A DNA stretch of 64,000 bases from Trueperaceae bacterium (GTDB lineage: Bacteria; Deinococcota; Deinococci; Deinococcales; Trueperaceae): positions 3,872,001 through 3,936,000 of the forward strand of contig OZ243913.1 in assembly GCA_965213705.1 (NCBI GenBank). Direction: 5' to 3'. A model generated the notes under the pieces. It did not search any database and was not told the DNA's origin. It was given only the letters and a program-made list of their open reading frames with translations. Position numbers and translations under genes: made by a program. The number at the start of each line of letters is the position of its first letter. Within the stretch, counting starts at the first letter, position 1. This document shows positions 46,990 through 57,432 of the stretch, piece after piece.

Positions 46990-48228
46990 TTGAAAATGCA
47001 GCTTTTTCGCGTACTTCTGTTATGTTCACTACTCGTCGCGCTTGGTTTCGGCTCAGCGCAAATCGAGTTGCAGTTCTGGACGATTTCCCTCTCCCCTTTT
47101 TTCAACGATTATATTAACGAGACCGTTTCACTTTACGAGGCGCAACACCTCGGCGTCAGCGTTACCTGGCTAGACTTTTCGGGCGAGGCGCTGGGCTTTG
47201 AGTTGCTGGGGGCGATTCAGTCCGGCAACGCGCCCGACGTGGTCAACCTCAACGTGCCGACGCTGCTCGAGCAAACCGAACGGGGCAACCTGTCCAGGCT
47301 CGACGGAAGTTTCGATAAAGACCTTTACTTCGACGGCTTACTGCAGTCTCTCAGCGTTGACGGCAAAGTCTACGCGCTGCCCTGGTACGTCACCCCGGCT
47401 ATTTTGATGGTTAACCGGGCGCTGTTCGAGGAAGCAGGTTTGGACGCCGATACCTTCGTCAGCACGCCTGACACGCTTTTCGAGGCTGCCAAGACAATCA
47501 AAGACCGCACCGGCACCTACGGCTTTATGCCGAACCTCATCTCACAAAACCTGCTCTACCGCTTTCAGGAGTCGGGGCTGCCGGTGCTGAGCGAGGACGG
47601 CACGCGGGCTGTTTTCAACTCGCCCGCGCACGTGGCGTTTTTGCAAGAGTACATCAGCCTTTTTGAAAAGGACTATTTTCCCGCGGACGCACTTTTAAAA
47701 GGTTACGGCGGCGCGCTCGAGCACTACCAAAGCGGCCAACTCGGGATGCTCCTAACCGGCGCACAGTTTCTGACGCGCATCCGCTCGAGCGCGCCCGAGG
47801 TCTACACCGAGACCGCGCCTCTCCCCTACCCGCTCGGCGCAGGCCGAACCGTCCACGCCCCGCTCATGGCGCTCGGGGTTCCGGCGGCCTCAAAGCATCA
47901 ACGAGAAGCGCTCGACTTCGCCCTGTTCGTCACCGGGCGGGAGCGGGAACTCGCGTTCTCAAAACTCGTCGCCATTTTTCCGTCAAATGTAGCGGCCGCC
48001 GCCGACCCGTTTTTTACAAACTTGCCGCCCAATCCAACACCCGAGGAGCGGGCTCGAGCCGTCACCGCCGGACAGCTCGAGTACGCCCACGACCTCACCC
48101 TGCACGTCCCCAACGCCTCGGACTTGTTCAAAAACTTTCAGAAAAACGTCGAAGAAGCCTTTTTCGGTTACAAGTCCCCACAAGACGCTCTCGACGACGC
48201 CGTGAGGTATTGGAATGCGAAGCTGTAA
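46990..48228 (+). CDS. Carbohydrate ABC transporter substrate-binding protein
   Basis: Signal peptide, FWT, APDVVNLN, YALPWY, NR.LFEEAGL. Confidence 0.9.
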   Translation: MKMQLFRVLLLCSLLVALGFGSAQIELQFWTISLSPFFNDYINETVSLYEAQHLGVSVTWLDFSGEALGFELLGAIQSGNAPDVVNLNVPTLLEQTERGNLSRLDGSFDKDLYFDGLLQSLSVDGKVYALPWYVTPAILMVNRALFEEAGLDADTFVSTPDTLFEAAKTIKDRTGTYGFMPNLISQNLLYRFQESGLPVLSEDGTRAVFNSPAHVAFLQEYISLFEKDYFPADALLKGYGGALEHYQSGQLGMLLTGAQFLTRIRSSAPEVYTETAPLPYPLGAGRTVHAPLMALGVPAASKHQREALDFALFVTGRERELAFSKLVAIFPSNVAAAADPFFTNLPPNPTPEERARAVTAGQLEYAHDLTLHVPNASDLFKNFQKNVEEAFFGYKSPQDALDDAVRYWNAKL

Positions 48229-50266
48229 CGCCAAAAAATCACAAGAAACTAAAGCCCCCCTTTCAGGGGGGTTGGGGGGTCTCCTCCTCACCCTGACCCT
48301 TATCCTCAGCACCGCCACCGCCCAAACCCACGTGCCCGACGCTTACCTGCCCCTCGCCACCGACACGGCCATCGTGCCCACACCGCAAGAAGAGGTGGCA
48401 CTACCCGAGGGCTACACCCTAACGCCGGAAACGGTAATTTACCTCCTCGAGCCCACGCCCGCGCTGCAACGAGCGGCGGCAGAACTGCAGAGCGACGTTC
48501 AAGCGCGCTACGGCTTCCGGCCGCCTCTGGCAGTCGGCCAGGCACCGCAAGGGGGCATCGTCATTGGTACGTTGGAGAGCGGCCTGTCACCCGCGGGCGG
48601 GCCGGTCGCGCACGACGAGGGGTACGTGCTCGAGGTCGTCCACACCGGCGTCGCAATCGTCGGGACGGACGAGCGCGGCGCGTTTTACGGGGTGCAGAGT
48701 CTGCGGCAACTGCTGGGTGAGACGCCCACGCTGCGCGGCCTGCGGGTGCGCGACTGGCCCGACCACGGTTTGCGCGTCGCCATGATTTACCTCAACAGCG
48801 ACACTGTTAAGGATGATTCGGCCGCGCTGAACGACCGGCTCGTTCCGTTGCTGGCGCGCTACAAGTTCAACGCGCTGCTCGTGATGAGCGACTACCTCGC
48901 CTGGGACAGCGCGCCCGAACTACGTGTGCCGGGGAGTGCGAGCAAAGAGGAAGCGCGGCGCTTGGTAGAGAAAGCTAGAGAATACCTGCTCGAGCCCATC
49001 CCCCTTTTAGAAACCCTGGGCCACGCGCAGTGGCTGTTCGCCAACGGCCAAAACCGCGATTTATTACAGGACCCGAACGTGAGCACGCCGTTCGCCTATG
49101 ACCCACTGAACCCGCGGGTCTACGAGGTGCTTTTTTCCATACTGGACGAGCTTATCGACGTCTTCAACCCGCGCTGGCTCCACATCGGCCACGACGAGGT
49201 GCGCAGCGGCCATGATTTCCCGGCGAGCGAGGCGGGGCTTATCGTCGGTTTCGGGCGGCTCTTTTTGCAGGACACGCTTCGACTGCACGACTTCCTGGCG
49301 TCGCGCGGCGTAAAAACGATGCTGTGGCAGGACGAACTCCTCTCACCCGAGGTGCGGCCCCTTTTGGGGCAGTTCCCCAAAGACCTCGTCGTGACGAGCT
49401 GGAACTACATCCCCGCCGGAACTTACCCCGACTTGACAGCGGTGCAGCAGGCAGGCTTCGAGGTTTTGGGCACGTCCTGGCAAGACCCGGACAACATCGC
49501 GGCCTATGCACGTTTCGCCCACGACGCGGGCGCGGCCGGGATGGTACAGGCGCGCTGGACAGGGTACTTCGCCGGTTCCGAGGTGCTGCACGGGAGTTTT
49601 GAGCAGCTTTACGCTTACCTGAGCGCTGCGAACGTTTTTTGGAATGTTGATGCGCCTACGCTCGAGGACGCCCCCGAACGTTTCCGCACTTTTTGGCTCG
49701 GCACGGAGAACACGCGACAGCGGGCGGGAACGCTGGTGGATTTAGCGCTTTATGGCAATGTGAGCCTGAGCGACGGGTTTTTGGGGCTCAAGCCTGGTTA
49801 CGCGCTCGCTGATATGCTCGAGACTGAACGCTTCGCTGGAGCCCGGTTTTCACTCGGTACGGCCGTCGCTCTACGCAGTACGCACCGCCGCGCACAGACT
49901 TATCCACAGGCTGTGGATATTGAGTTGGACATCAGGGCAGGCTCGCTCGCTTTTTTGCACACGACGGGCTGGAGCGCGCCGACGGGCAGTCAGGTCGGGC
50001 GTTACCTCGTCCACTACGCAGACGGCGGCACCGACACCATCCCGCTCGTTTACGGCGAGAACATCGCCGCCTGGACGGAAACCTCCGTGTCCTCCATCAA
50101 CTTGCTGCAGGGTTGGTCGGGGCGCACGCCGAACGGGCTACCCGTCGCCGTCAACGCCTTTTTCTGGACGAACCCGCAACCGGGTAAGGTTATTGAAAGT
50201 GTCGAATTTATCAGTAACGGTCTGCTCGCCAACCCGGTTTTGTTGGGATTGACGGTGCTCGAGTAG
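48215..50266 (+). CDS. GH20 beta-N-acetylhexosaminidase-like (start uncertain)
   Basis: IVPTPQ, EGY.L, G.FYG.QSLRQL, RDWPD, ETLGH, HIGHDE. Confidence 0.88.
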   Translation: MRSCNAKKSQETKAPLSGGLGGLLLTLTLILSTATAQTHVPDAYLPLATDTAIVPTPQEEVALPEGYTLTPETVIYLLEPTPALQRAAAELQSDVQARYGFRPPLAVGQAPQGGIVIGTLESGLSPAGGPVAHDEGYVLEVVHTGVAIVGTDERGAFYGVQSLRQLLGETPTLRGLRVRDWPDHGLRVAMIYLNSDTVKDDSAALNDRLVPLLARYKFNALLVMSDYLAWDSAPELRVPGSASKEEARRLVEKAREYLLEPIPLLETLGHAQWLFANGQNRDLLQDPNVSTPFAYDPLNPRVYEVLFSILDELIDVFNPRWLHIGHDEVRSGHDFPASEAGLIVGFGRLFLQDTLRLHDFLASRGVKTMLWQDELLSPEVRPLLGQFPKDLVVTSWNYIPAGTYPDLTAVQQAGFEVLGTSWQDPDNIAAYARFAHDAGAAGMVQARWTGYFAGSEVLHGSFEQLYAYLSAANVFWNVDAPTLEDAPERFRTFWLGTENTRQRAGTLVDLALYGNVSLSDGFLGLKPGYALADMLETERFAGARFSLGTAVALRSTHRRAQTYPQAVDIELDIRAGSLAFLHTTGWSAPTGSQVGRYLVHYADGGTDTIPLVYGENIAAWTETSVSSINLLQGWSGRTPNGLPVAVNAFFWTNPQPGKVIESVEFISNGLLANPVLLGLTVLE

Positions 50267-50313
50267 ACCTCTAAACAAGCCACCCAAAAACCTCAACCTC
50301 GAAAAATGCGTTC

Positions 50314-50376
50314 TTGACAGGACTTTTACCGCTCAGTAGACTGTGACTCCTACGTGATGGTCGTGAAAATTTTTCC
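50314..50376 (+). promoter_or_regulatory. Sigma70 promoter and LacI-like operator
   Basis: TTGACA (50314)-17 bp-TAGACT (50337); GAAAATTTTTC near-palindrome at 50365-50375. Confidence 0.65.
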
Positions 50377-50440
50377 GTAAAGGGGGTTTGATTTCTAAAC
50401 TGGGGTGGGACGCCGTCCGTTTCTACTAGAGAGGGGAATC

Positions 50441-53083
50441 ATGACACCGATAACGAAACGCCTGCTGGGTTGGGTACTCGTAGGTCTACTCGTCGCGCCG
50501 TTCGCGCAAGCTCAAGACGCCCGCATCGCTCAGCAAGAACGCCAGCGCGGCGTCGTCGAGCTTTACGAAAGCCTCGTGCCGCTTAAGTCGGTCGCCAGCT
50601 TCATGACCGTCGGCGCGCACCCCGACGACGAGCGCTCGTCGCTGTTGTCGCTGCTGTCGCAGGGCTACGGCGTGCGCACCATCACCGTGACCGCCAACCG
50701 GGGCGAGGGCGGGCAAAATGCCATCGGCACCGAATACCGCCAAGCCCTGGGCGTGCTGCGCAGCCGCGAGATGGAAGAGGCCAGCCGCGCTTACGACGTC
50801 GAGCTGTACTTCTTGTCCGAGAGTTTCGACGACCCCATCTACGACGAGTCATTTTCTAAGTCGGCGGTGGAAACGCTTGAACTGTGGGGCGAAGACGTGA
50901 TGATGGAGAAGCTCGTGCGCGCCATCCGCGAGAGCCGCCCCGACATCCTCTTCACCAACTTTCAAAACGTGTTCGGCCAGCACGGCCACCACCGCGCGAT
51001 GGCCGCCGCCGCTGAGGAAGCTTTCCGACTGGCCGCCGACCCCGAAGCGTTCCCCGAGCACATGGCGCTGGGCTTAGAGCCGTGGCAAGCCAAAAAGTTC
51101 TACCTGCCCGCCGGGGAAGGCGGCAGCCGCGAGGCCGAGCCGCAAGAGCTGCCCGCTACGCTGAGCCTGCCGGTCGGCGACTACGATCCCGTCTTCGGCG
51201 CGTCGTACGTGCAGCTCTCCGAGCAGTCGCGGGCTTACCACCGCAGTCAAGGCATGGGCCGCTTTGTCGAGGAAGGCCCCGACACGGTGGACCTGTACTT
51301 AGTCGAGAGCATGGTCGAGGTGCCCGAAACCGAAGACACGATTTTCAGCGGCATCGCGCGCACGGTTGGAGACTTGGCCAAGGGTTTGGAAGACGAGGCC
51401 CTGGCAACGCAGCTCGGCGACCTCGACGCGGCACTTACAACGGTTGTGGAGGCGTTTCCAGACTTCGAAACAGTAGCGACGCGCGCCGCCGAAGCGCTCA
51501 AGCTGACCCGCACCACCCGCGAGGCCGTGGCGGCGTCCAGTTTGGCTGAGGACGCGCAGCGCGACCTGGACTTCCGCCTCAGCATCAAAGAAAAAGAACT
51601 TCAGTACGCCGCCCAGCGCGCCCTGTCGCTGGTCACGCGGCTCACCCTGGCCGACCCCGAACTCGTCGCGGGCGGCAGCACCGAGGCGACGCTGACGGCG
51701 TTCGTCGGCGGGCAGACCGGTCTTGAGAACGTGGCGCTCGAGCTGGTCGCCCCCGAAGGCTGGACCGTCGAACGCCTACCGGACGAAGGTGAGGGCGACA
51801 GCAGCGAAACGGGTGGATCTGCGTCGGACGAAACTGCAGTGGACAGTGGCACGCCTTTGGCCTACAACGAGTCCGTCTCAGAAATTTTCCGCGTGACCGC
51901 GCCCGCGGACGCCGCGTCGTACAATCCCTACCGCCGTCACCTGAAGTCCGTGGGAGCCAACGGCCTCGTGTACGGCGTCGTGAACTTTACCGCGGATGGC
52001 GTGCCCATGTCGGTCGAAATAGACGACGACCGCCTTGTCGCGGTGTTGCCCGACCTGTCCATCACCACCCCGCCGGACTTGGTCTATAACCTGCTCGCGC
52101 CCGACACGCCCATCACCCTGGAGGTTGTGCTTACGAGCTACGCCGGTCCCGGCAGCACCACGGTGAGTCTGGAACTGCCCGAGGGTTGGAGCAGCGAGCC
52201 TGAAAACGCCGAGGTGAGTTTCACCGCGAAGGGCGACACGCAGGGCGTGAGCTTTACGCTTGCGCCGCCGGAAGGTGTCTCGAGCGGCTCCTACGACATC
52301 GGGGTGGTCACCCAGGGCGAGTTGTCGTCCGACGAAAGTGTCCGGGTTGTCGAATACGAACACGTGGGACGCACCTACCTCGTCACGCCCGCCGCCGTGA
52401 ACCTGCAAGCCTTCGAGGTCGCCTTCGACCCGAACCTGCGCGTCGGCTACGTCACGACCGGCTCGGACACAGTTTACGAAGGCTTGCAGCGCATCGGCAT
52501 CAATGTCGAACTGCTCGACGCGGCTACCCTGGCGACCGGCGACCTGAGCCCGTACGACACCATCATGGTGGGGATTTACGGCTACGGGGTGCGCCCCGAC
52601 CTGGCCGCGGCCAACACACGCTTGCAGCAGTGGGTCGAAGACGGCGGCAACTTGGTCGTCCAGTACCACCGCCCGCGCGACAACTGGGACCCCGAGACGA
52701 CCGCGCCCTATGCCTTGACGCTCGGCTCGGTGTCGATTCTGGCCCGCGTGACCGACCAGACCGCGCCGGTCGAAATTCTCGAGCCCGACCACCCGCTCAT
52801 GACCACGCCCAACCGGATTACCGAAGCCGACTTTGAAGGCTGGATCAAAGAGCGCGGCCTCTACTTCGCCGAAGCCTGGGACGACGCCTTTACATCTATG
52901 GTGTCGATTACCGACCGGCAGTGGCCCGACACGGCCACGGAGACGCCCTTCACCGGCCCGATGCTCACCGCCGAGGTGGGCGAAGGCCGCTACACCTACA
53001 CGAGCCTGAGCCTGCACACGCAAATCGACGCCAACGTGCCCGGAGCGTACCGTTTGTACGTCAACCTCGTCACGCCGCGCTGA
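50441..53083 (+). CDS. Secreted PIG-L family deacetylase with NEW3/NPCBM-associated domains
   Basis: Signal peptide, AHPDDE, RGEGGQN.IG, HGHH, H.SQG, L.LPEGWS, GW.KERGLYF. Confidence 0.9.
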   Translation: MTPITKRLLGWVLVGLLVAPFAQAQDARIAQQERQRGVVELYESLVPLKSVASFMTVGAHPDDERSSLLSLLSQGYGVRTITVTANRGEGGQNAIGTEYRQALGVLRSREMEEASRAYDVELYFLSESFDDPIYDESFSKSAVETLELWGEDVMMEKLVRAIRESRPDILFTNFQNVFGQHGHHRAMAAAAEEAFRLAADPEAFPEHMALGLEPWQAKKFYLPAGEGGSREAEPQELPATLSLPVGDYDPVFGASYVQLSEQSRAYHRSQGMGRFVEEGPDTVDLYLVESMVEVPETEDTIFSGIARTVGDLAKGLEDEALATQLGDLDAALTTVVEAFPDFETVATRAAEALKLTRTTREAVAASSLAEDAQRDLDFRLSIKEKELQYAAQRALSLVTRLTLADPELVAGGSTEATLTAFVGGQTGLENVALELVAPEGWTVERLPDEGEGDSSETGGSASDETAVDSGTPLAYNESVSEIFRVTAPADAASYNPYRRHLKSVGANGLVYGVVNFTADGVPMSVEIDDDRLVAVLPDLSITTPPDLVYNLLAPDTPITLEVVLTSYAGPGSTTVSLELPEGWSSEPENAEVSFTAKGDTQGVSFTLAPPEGVSSGSYDIGVVTQGELSSDESVRVVEYEHVGRTYLVTPAAVNLQAFEVAFDPNLRVGYVTTGSDTVYEGLQRIGINVELLDAATLATGDLSPYDTIMVGIYGYGVRPDLAAANTRLQQWVEDGGNLVVQYHRPRDNWDPETTAPYALTLGSVSILARVTDQTAPVEILEPDHPLMTTPNRITEADFEGWIKERGLYFAEAWDDAFTSMVSITDRQWPDTATETPFTGPMLTAEVGEGRYTYTSLSLHTQIDANVPGAYRLYVNLVTPR

Positions 53084-53109
53084 GTGCTCGAGCCGCGACG
53101 ACAAACCAC

Positions 53110-53135
53110 AGAGGGGCGGCACCCGCCGCCCCTCT
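53110..53135. repeat. AGAGGGGCGGC stem-loop, copy 1
   Basis: AGAGGGGCGGC-accc-GCCGCCCCTCT. Confidence 0.8.
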
Positions 53136-53157
53136 TCCCTCATGCCGGAGACCCGCC

Positions 53158-54099
53158 ATGACCCCCGACCCGAGTTACACCCACCTGAACGTCATAGACA
53201 TACACGCCCATTTTCCGATTGAGAACACGCTCGGGCTCGAGCCCAGTGACAAAGAGCGCCACAAACTTCTCGTCGACTACGGCCAAAGCCGCAGCGCCCG
53301 AATGCAAAGCGAGTGGAGTATGGCCGTCCCCGAACCCGTCGCCAAGACCGACGCGGAGGTCGAGGCGTTTGCGAAGCGCTGGACCGCCGAGGTCGAGCGC
53401 TACGGCTTGCGAAGCGTGAACTTTGTGACCGGCGGCGGCAACGACAAGCTCGCGAAGATTGTCGCAGGACGCCCTGAGTTCAGCGGCTTCGCGCACCATC
53501 CACTGCAACCGGGCGCTTGCGAAAAACTTAAACACGCCGTCGACGACCTCGGTTTGAAGGGTTACAAACTCATCGGCCCCCTGACCGAATACGATTTCGA
53601 GCACCCCGAACTGCGGAGCACCTGGGAGTTTTGCGCCGAGCGTGGTTTGCCCGTGCTGATTCACTTCGGTTGGCTGGGGCGGGGCGGCGGCGTGGTGCAG
53701 CACCCGCGCATCAACCCGCTGTCGCTGTTCGAGACCGCTCGAGACTTTCCCGAAATCCCCTTCGTCATCCCGCACTTCGGGGTGAATCACTGGGGGGACG
53801 TGCTGGCGCTGGCCTGGAGCTTGCCGAACATCCTGGTTGACACCTCGGGCTCGAACCAGTGGATGAAGTGGATGCCCTACCCGCTGACGCTGGAAGACCT
53901 GTTCCGCAAGGCGTACGAGAACCTGGGGCCGGAGCGGATTCTGTTCGGCACCGACTCGTCGTACTTTCCGCGCGGGTTCTCGGTGCGCTACCTGCAAGAC
54001 CAACTGCGCGCCTGCTACTCGCTGAACTTCAAAGAGGCCGACATCCGCGCGATTTTCGGCAACAACGCGGCGCGGCTGTTGGGACTCGAGCCGGCATGA
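53158..54099 (+). CDS. Amidohydrolase family (Amidohydro_2) protein
   Basis: IDIHAH, GLKGYKL, PVLIHFG, PHFG, ILFGTD. Confidence 0.88.
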   Translation: MTPDPSYTHLNVIDIHAHFPIENTLGLEPSDKERHKLLVDYGQSRSARMQSEWSMAVPEPVAKTDAEVEAFAKRWTAEVERYGLRSVNFVTGGGNDKLAKIVAGRPEFSGFAHHPLQPGACEKLKHAVDDLGLKGYKLIGPLTEYDFEHPELRSTWEFCAERGLPVLIHFGWLGRGGGVVQHPRINPLSLFETARDFPEIPFVIPHFGVNHWGDVLALAWSLPNILVDTSGSNQWMKWMPYPLTLEDLFRKAYENLGPERILFGTDSSYFPRGFSVRYLQDQLRACYSLNFKEADIRAIFGNNAARLLGLEPA

Positions 54100-54605
54100 A
54101 GCACCTGGAAACCGACCGGCTTTTGTTGAGGCCCGCGCGGGAGGCCGACAAAGCTTTCTTGTACACGCTGCTCGGTCACCCCAAGGTGATGCGCTACTGG
54201 CTTGTCGGGCGCGCCATGACGCCGGAGGAAGTTGATGAACTCATGACTCAGTTTTCCGACGACTACGGAAGTCTGCTAGTAACTGAAAAAGCCACAGGAG
54301 AGGCTGTCGGTTTGGCCGGCATCGTCCCTTGCACTTATCTCGGCGTTGCCGACTACGAATTCGGCTGGGGCCTGTTGCCGGAAACCTGGGGCAAGGGCTA
54401 CGCCACGGAAATGACCCGCGCGCTCATCGAGGCCGGTTTCAGAGAGCTGCCCGTAAAACGCCTTCTCGCGCTGGCCCATCCTGCGAACACGGCGTCGTGG
54501 CGGGTGCTCGAGAAAGCCGGGATGACCTTCGTTACGGAAGTTGAAACGACCGACCGTGGCCCCAGGCGCGTTTACAGCCTCCAAAGACCGGACGAGTTAC
54601 CATGA
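54096..54605 (+). CDS. GNAT (RimJ/RimL-type) acetyltransferase
   Basis: LETDRLLLR, EFGW.L.PE.WGKGYATE, N.ASWRVLEK.GM. Confidence 0.92.
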   Translation: MKHLETDRLLLRPAREADKAFLYTLLGHPKVMRYWLVGRAMTPEEVDELMTQFSDDYGSLLVTEKATGEAVGLAGIVPCTYLGVADYEFGWGLLPETWGKGYATEMTRALIEAGFRELPVKRLLALAHPANTASWRVLEKAGMTFVTEVETTDRGPRRVYSLQRPDELP

Positions 54606-56053
54606 GCACTCGCTTCCACGAGGTTTACCGCGACAACGTCCTCATGCCCGACTACCGCTTTGCGGTGCAGCACCTGGCGGGGCACTTTTTGGACGCGATG
54701 ACGGCGCACGTGCGCACCGTGAAACGTTTGAACGACCCGGCGGTGCGAGGCCATCAAGAAGACATCACTCGGCTCGAGGCCGCCCTCAACAACCTGCGCA
54801 GCGAATCCCTGCCCGACTATCAAGCCGACATACCCGACCTCTACTTCGCCTTCAACCGCCGTCTGGAAGCGCAACTCGGACAAGAAATCGTAAGCTTTTT
54901 GCGCCTCGGCCTCAGCCGCAACGACCTCGACATGACGGTGTACAAGATGCGCGCGAGGGACCTGTTATTGACCCTTATCCAACACGTGTGCCGTCTCAGG
55001 GCCGCGCTTCTCGAACAAGCCAAAACTCACTTGGGGACGGTGCTCATCGCGCAGACGCACCACCAGCCGGGGCAGCCGACGACCGTGGCGCACTACCTTT
55101 CCGCCATCGACAACGCGCTGGCTCGAGACGTGGAGCGGCTGTTCGCGGCGTATGGCCGCTTAAACACTTGCCCCCTGGGGGCCGCAGCCCTGGCCGGGAG
55201 CAGCCACGCGCTCGACCGGCACTTTACCGCGCGGCAACTCGGCTTCGACGCGCCGGTCTCGAACACCTACGACGCAGTCGCCTCGTCGGACTGGCAAGTG
55301 GAGTTCGTCGCCGGGGCGCAGAGCGTGGCGCTCACCTTGTCACGCTTTGTCAGCGACTTGCTGAACTGGGCCGCGACGGGCTTGTACGTGCTCAGCGACA
55401 GCCTCGTGCAGGGCTCGTCCATCATGCCGCAGAAGCGGAATCCGGTGGCCTTGGAGCACGCACGGACGCGGTTCTCGAGAACCCTCGGCAGCGCGCAGAT
55501 GGTCCTGTACTCCTCGCACAACATCCCCTACGCCGACCTGAACGACTTCGGGCCGGACATCCAGGGGGCGCTGGTGAGCCTCTTCATCCAACTTGACGGC
55601 GGTCTGGCGCTGCTGACGGCCTGTTTGGAAGAGGGCCGCTTCGACACCGCCAAGCTCGCCTCCCAGGCCCGTTGCACCGACACCACCGCGACCGAACTCG
55701 CCGACGAACTGACGCGGGGGTACGGAATAAGTTTTCAAGAGGCGCACCGGCTGGCCGGAACGTTGGTCACTAAACTTTGTCGGGAAGGCCGGACGCTGCA
55801 AGATGCGACCAGCGCCGACCTCGTCGCGCTGGGTGGGCCGGTTTTAGAAGAGGAGGTTTTGCGCGCGGCGCTCGAGCCGGCGGCTTTCGTGCGCCGCCGC
55901 GACGGCTTCGGCGGGCCGGCCCCGGCGCGCGTGTTGGAGCACGTGACGCGCGCCGCACAGGGCTTGGGCGAAAACCTTGATAGATTGGCTCAACTTCAGG
56001 ATAACCTGACTGAGGTTCGGCACAATTTGAGAGAACGAAGGGAGAACGCATGA
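54602..56053 (+). CDS. Argininosuccinate lyase-like (fumarase/aspartase superfamily) lyase
   Basis: SRND, THHQP.QP, PLG..AL.G, GSSIMPQKRNP; divergent from canonical ArgH. Confidence 0.88.
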   Translation: MSTRFHEVYRDNVLMPDYRFAVQHLAGHFLDAMTAHVRTVKRLNDPAVRGHQEDITRLEAALNNLRSESLPDYQADIPDLYFAFNRRLEAQLGQEIVSFLRLGLSRNDLDMTVYKMRARDLLLTLIQHVCRLRAALLEQAKTHLGTVLIAQTHHQPGQPTTVAHYLSAIDNALARDVERLFAAYGRLNTCPLGAAALAGSSHALDRHFTARQLGFDAPVSNTYDAVASSDWQVEFVAGAQSVALTLSRFVSDLLNWAATGLYVLSDSLVQGSSIMPQKRNPVALEHARTRFSRTLGSAQMVLYSSHNIPYADLNDFGPDIQGALVSLFIQLDGGLALLTACLEEGRFDTAKLASQARCTDTTATELADELTRGYGISFQEAHRLAGTLVTKLCREGRTLQDATSADLVALGGPVLEEEVLRAALEPAAFVRRRDGFGGPAPARVLEHVTRAAQGLGENLDRLAQLQDNLTEVRHNLRERRENA

Positions 56054-57306
56054 AGCACGTCGTGAAATTGTTCCTGGGGGGGCTGTTGTTGGCAGGCTTG
56101 GCCTTCGCGCAGGACGTGACCATCACCTACTGGCAGTACGATTTCGAGTCCCGCATCGACGCCATGAATCAACTGATTGAACAGTTCGAGGCGGAAAATC
56201 CCGGCATCACCGTTCAGCAAGAAACCTTTCCTTACGACAACTACCAGGAGCAAGTCGCCGCTTCGCTGCCCGCCGGCACCGGGCCGGACGTGGTGCAACT
56301 GTTCTACGGCTGGCTCCCGACCTGGGCGCGCGGCGGTTACGTGGAGCCCCTGCCCGAGCAGTATTTCGACGCCGCCACCCTCGACAGCGAGTTCGTGCCG
56401 ATGGCGCAAGCCGCCAAGTACCAGGGTGAATACTACGGCCTGCCGACCGCCGTGCGGAGTTTGGCCCTGTTCTACAACAAGGACAAACTCGCCGCCGCCG
56501 GTTACGACGCGCCGCCCCAAACCTGGACCGAGTTCACCGAAATAGCCAAGGCTTTAACCGAGAAACGCGGGCCGCGCTTTACGCAGGTGGGCTACGGCAT
56601 CGCGCCGAACGGCCAAGACCACCACCTGGTCCGTGAAATCCTGACCCGGCAGTTCGGCACGCAGCCCTACAGCGACGACGGCACACAAGTGCTTTACGAC
56701 GACGAGGCCGGGCTTAACGCCTTCGAACTGTACACCGGTTGGGTCACCGACGACGAAATCGGCGTGCCCGAGTTCGTGCCCGGGGCCAACGGCTACCGCG
56801 ACGGCTTTCGCATTCAAGAAAACATCGCCATGATTGTCGACGGCTCGTTCGCCGTCGGCGCGACCCAAGAAGCCGCCCAGTTCGACTGGGGCGTCGCCGA
56901 AATTCCGACGCTGGACAACGGCGTCAAGGCCAACTTCGGCTCGTTCTGGATGAACGGGCTGACCCCCAACGCCTTTGAGGACGACGCGAAGCTGGAAGCC
57001 AGCGCCAAGTTCTTAGAGTTCATCACCCGGCCCGAGGCGATGCAACTGTGGTTAGAAACCGTCGGCGAGTTGCCCGCCCGGCAAGCCTTGATTGAAAATC
57101 CCGAACTCGCCAACGACCCCGTTTACGGCCCCTTTATCGCCTCGCTCGCTTACGCGACGGCGACCGAGTTCGTCGACGAGTCGGCGCAGCGCGAGGTCGT
57201 CGTCAACGCCATCAACCGCGTCGTCTTGGAAAACCAGGACCCGGCCGCGTCCTGGGAGCAAGCCGCGCAAGAAGACCAGGCCCTGCTGGACGAGTTCGCC
57301 CAGTAG
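56050..57306 (+). CDS. Carbohydrate ABC transporter substrate-binding protein
   Basis: Signal peptide, ITYW, GPDV, YGLP, FYNKD. Confidence 0.92.
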   Translation: MKHVVKLFLGGLLLAGLAFAQDVTITYWQYDFESRIDAMNQLIEQFEAENPGITVQQETFPYDNYQEQVAASLPAGTGPDVVQLFYGWLPTWARGGYVEPLPEQYFDAATLDSEFVPMAQAAKYQGEYYGLPTAVRSLALFYNKDKLAAAGYDAPPQTWTEFTEIAKALTEKRGPRFTQVGYGIAPNGQDHHLVREILTRQFGTQPYSDDGTQVLYDDEAGLNAFELYTGWVTDDEIGVPEFVPGANGYRDGFRIQENIAMIVDGSFAVGATQEAAQFDWGVAEIPTLDNGVKANFGSFWMNGLTPNAFEDDAKLEASAKFLEFITRPEAMQLWLETVGELPARQALIENPELANDPVYGPFIASLAYATATEFVDESAQREVVVNAINRVVLENQDPAASWEQAAQEDQALLDEFAQ

Positions 57307-57314
57307 AACGCATC

Positions 57315-57345
57315 AGGGGCGGCGTCAAGCGCCGCCCCTATTTTT
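57315..57345 (+). terminator. Stem-loop after binding-protein gene (AGGGGCGGC family, copy 2)
   Basis: AGGGGCGGCG-tcaag-CGCCGCCCCT followed by ATTTTT. Confidence 0.7.
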
Positions 57346-57432
57346 GATTTAGAGAAACACGCTCGAGGACGACCCAAGGGATGGCACCCCTTTCAAGAAA
57401 ATGAGTTCCTCGGCAACACCTCAGCTTTCCAC

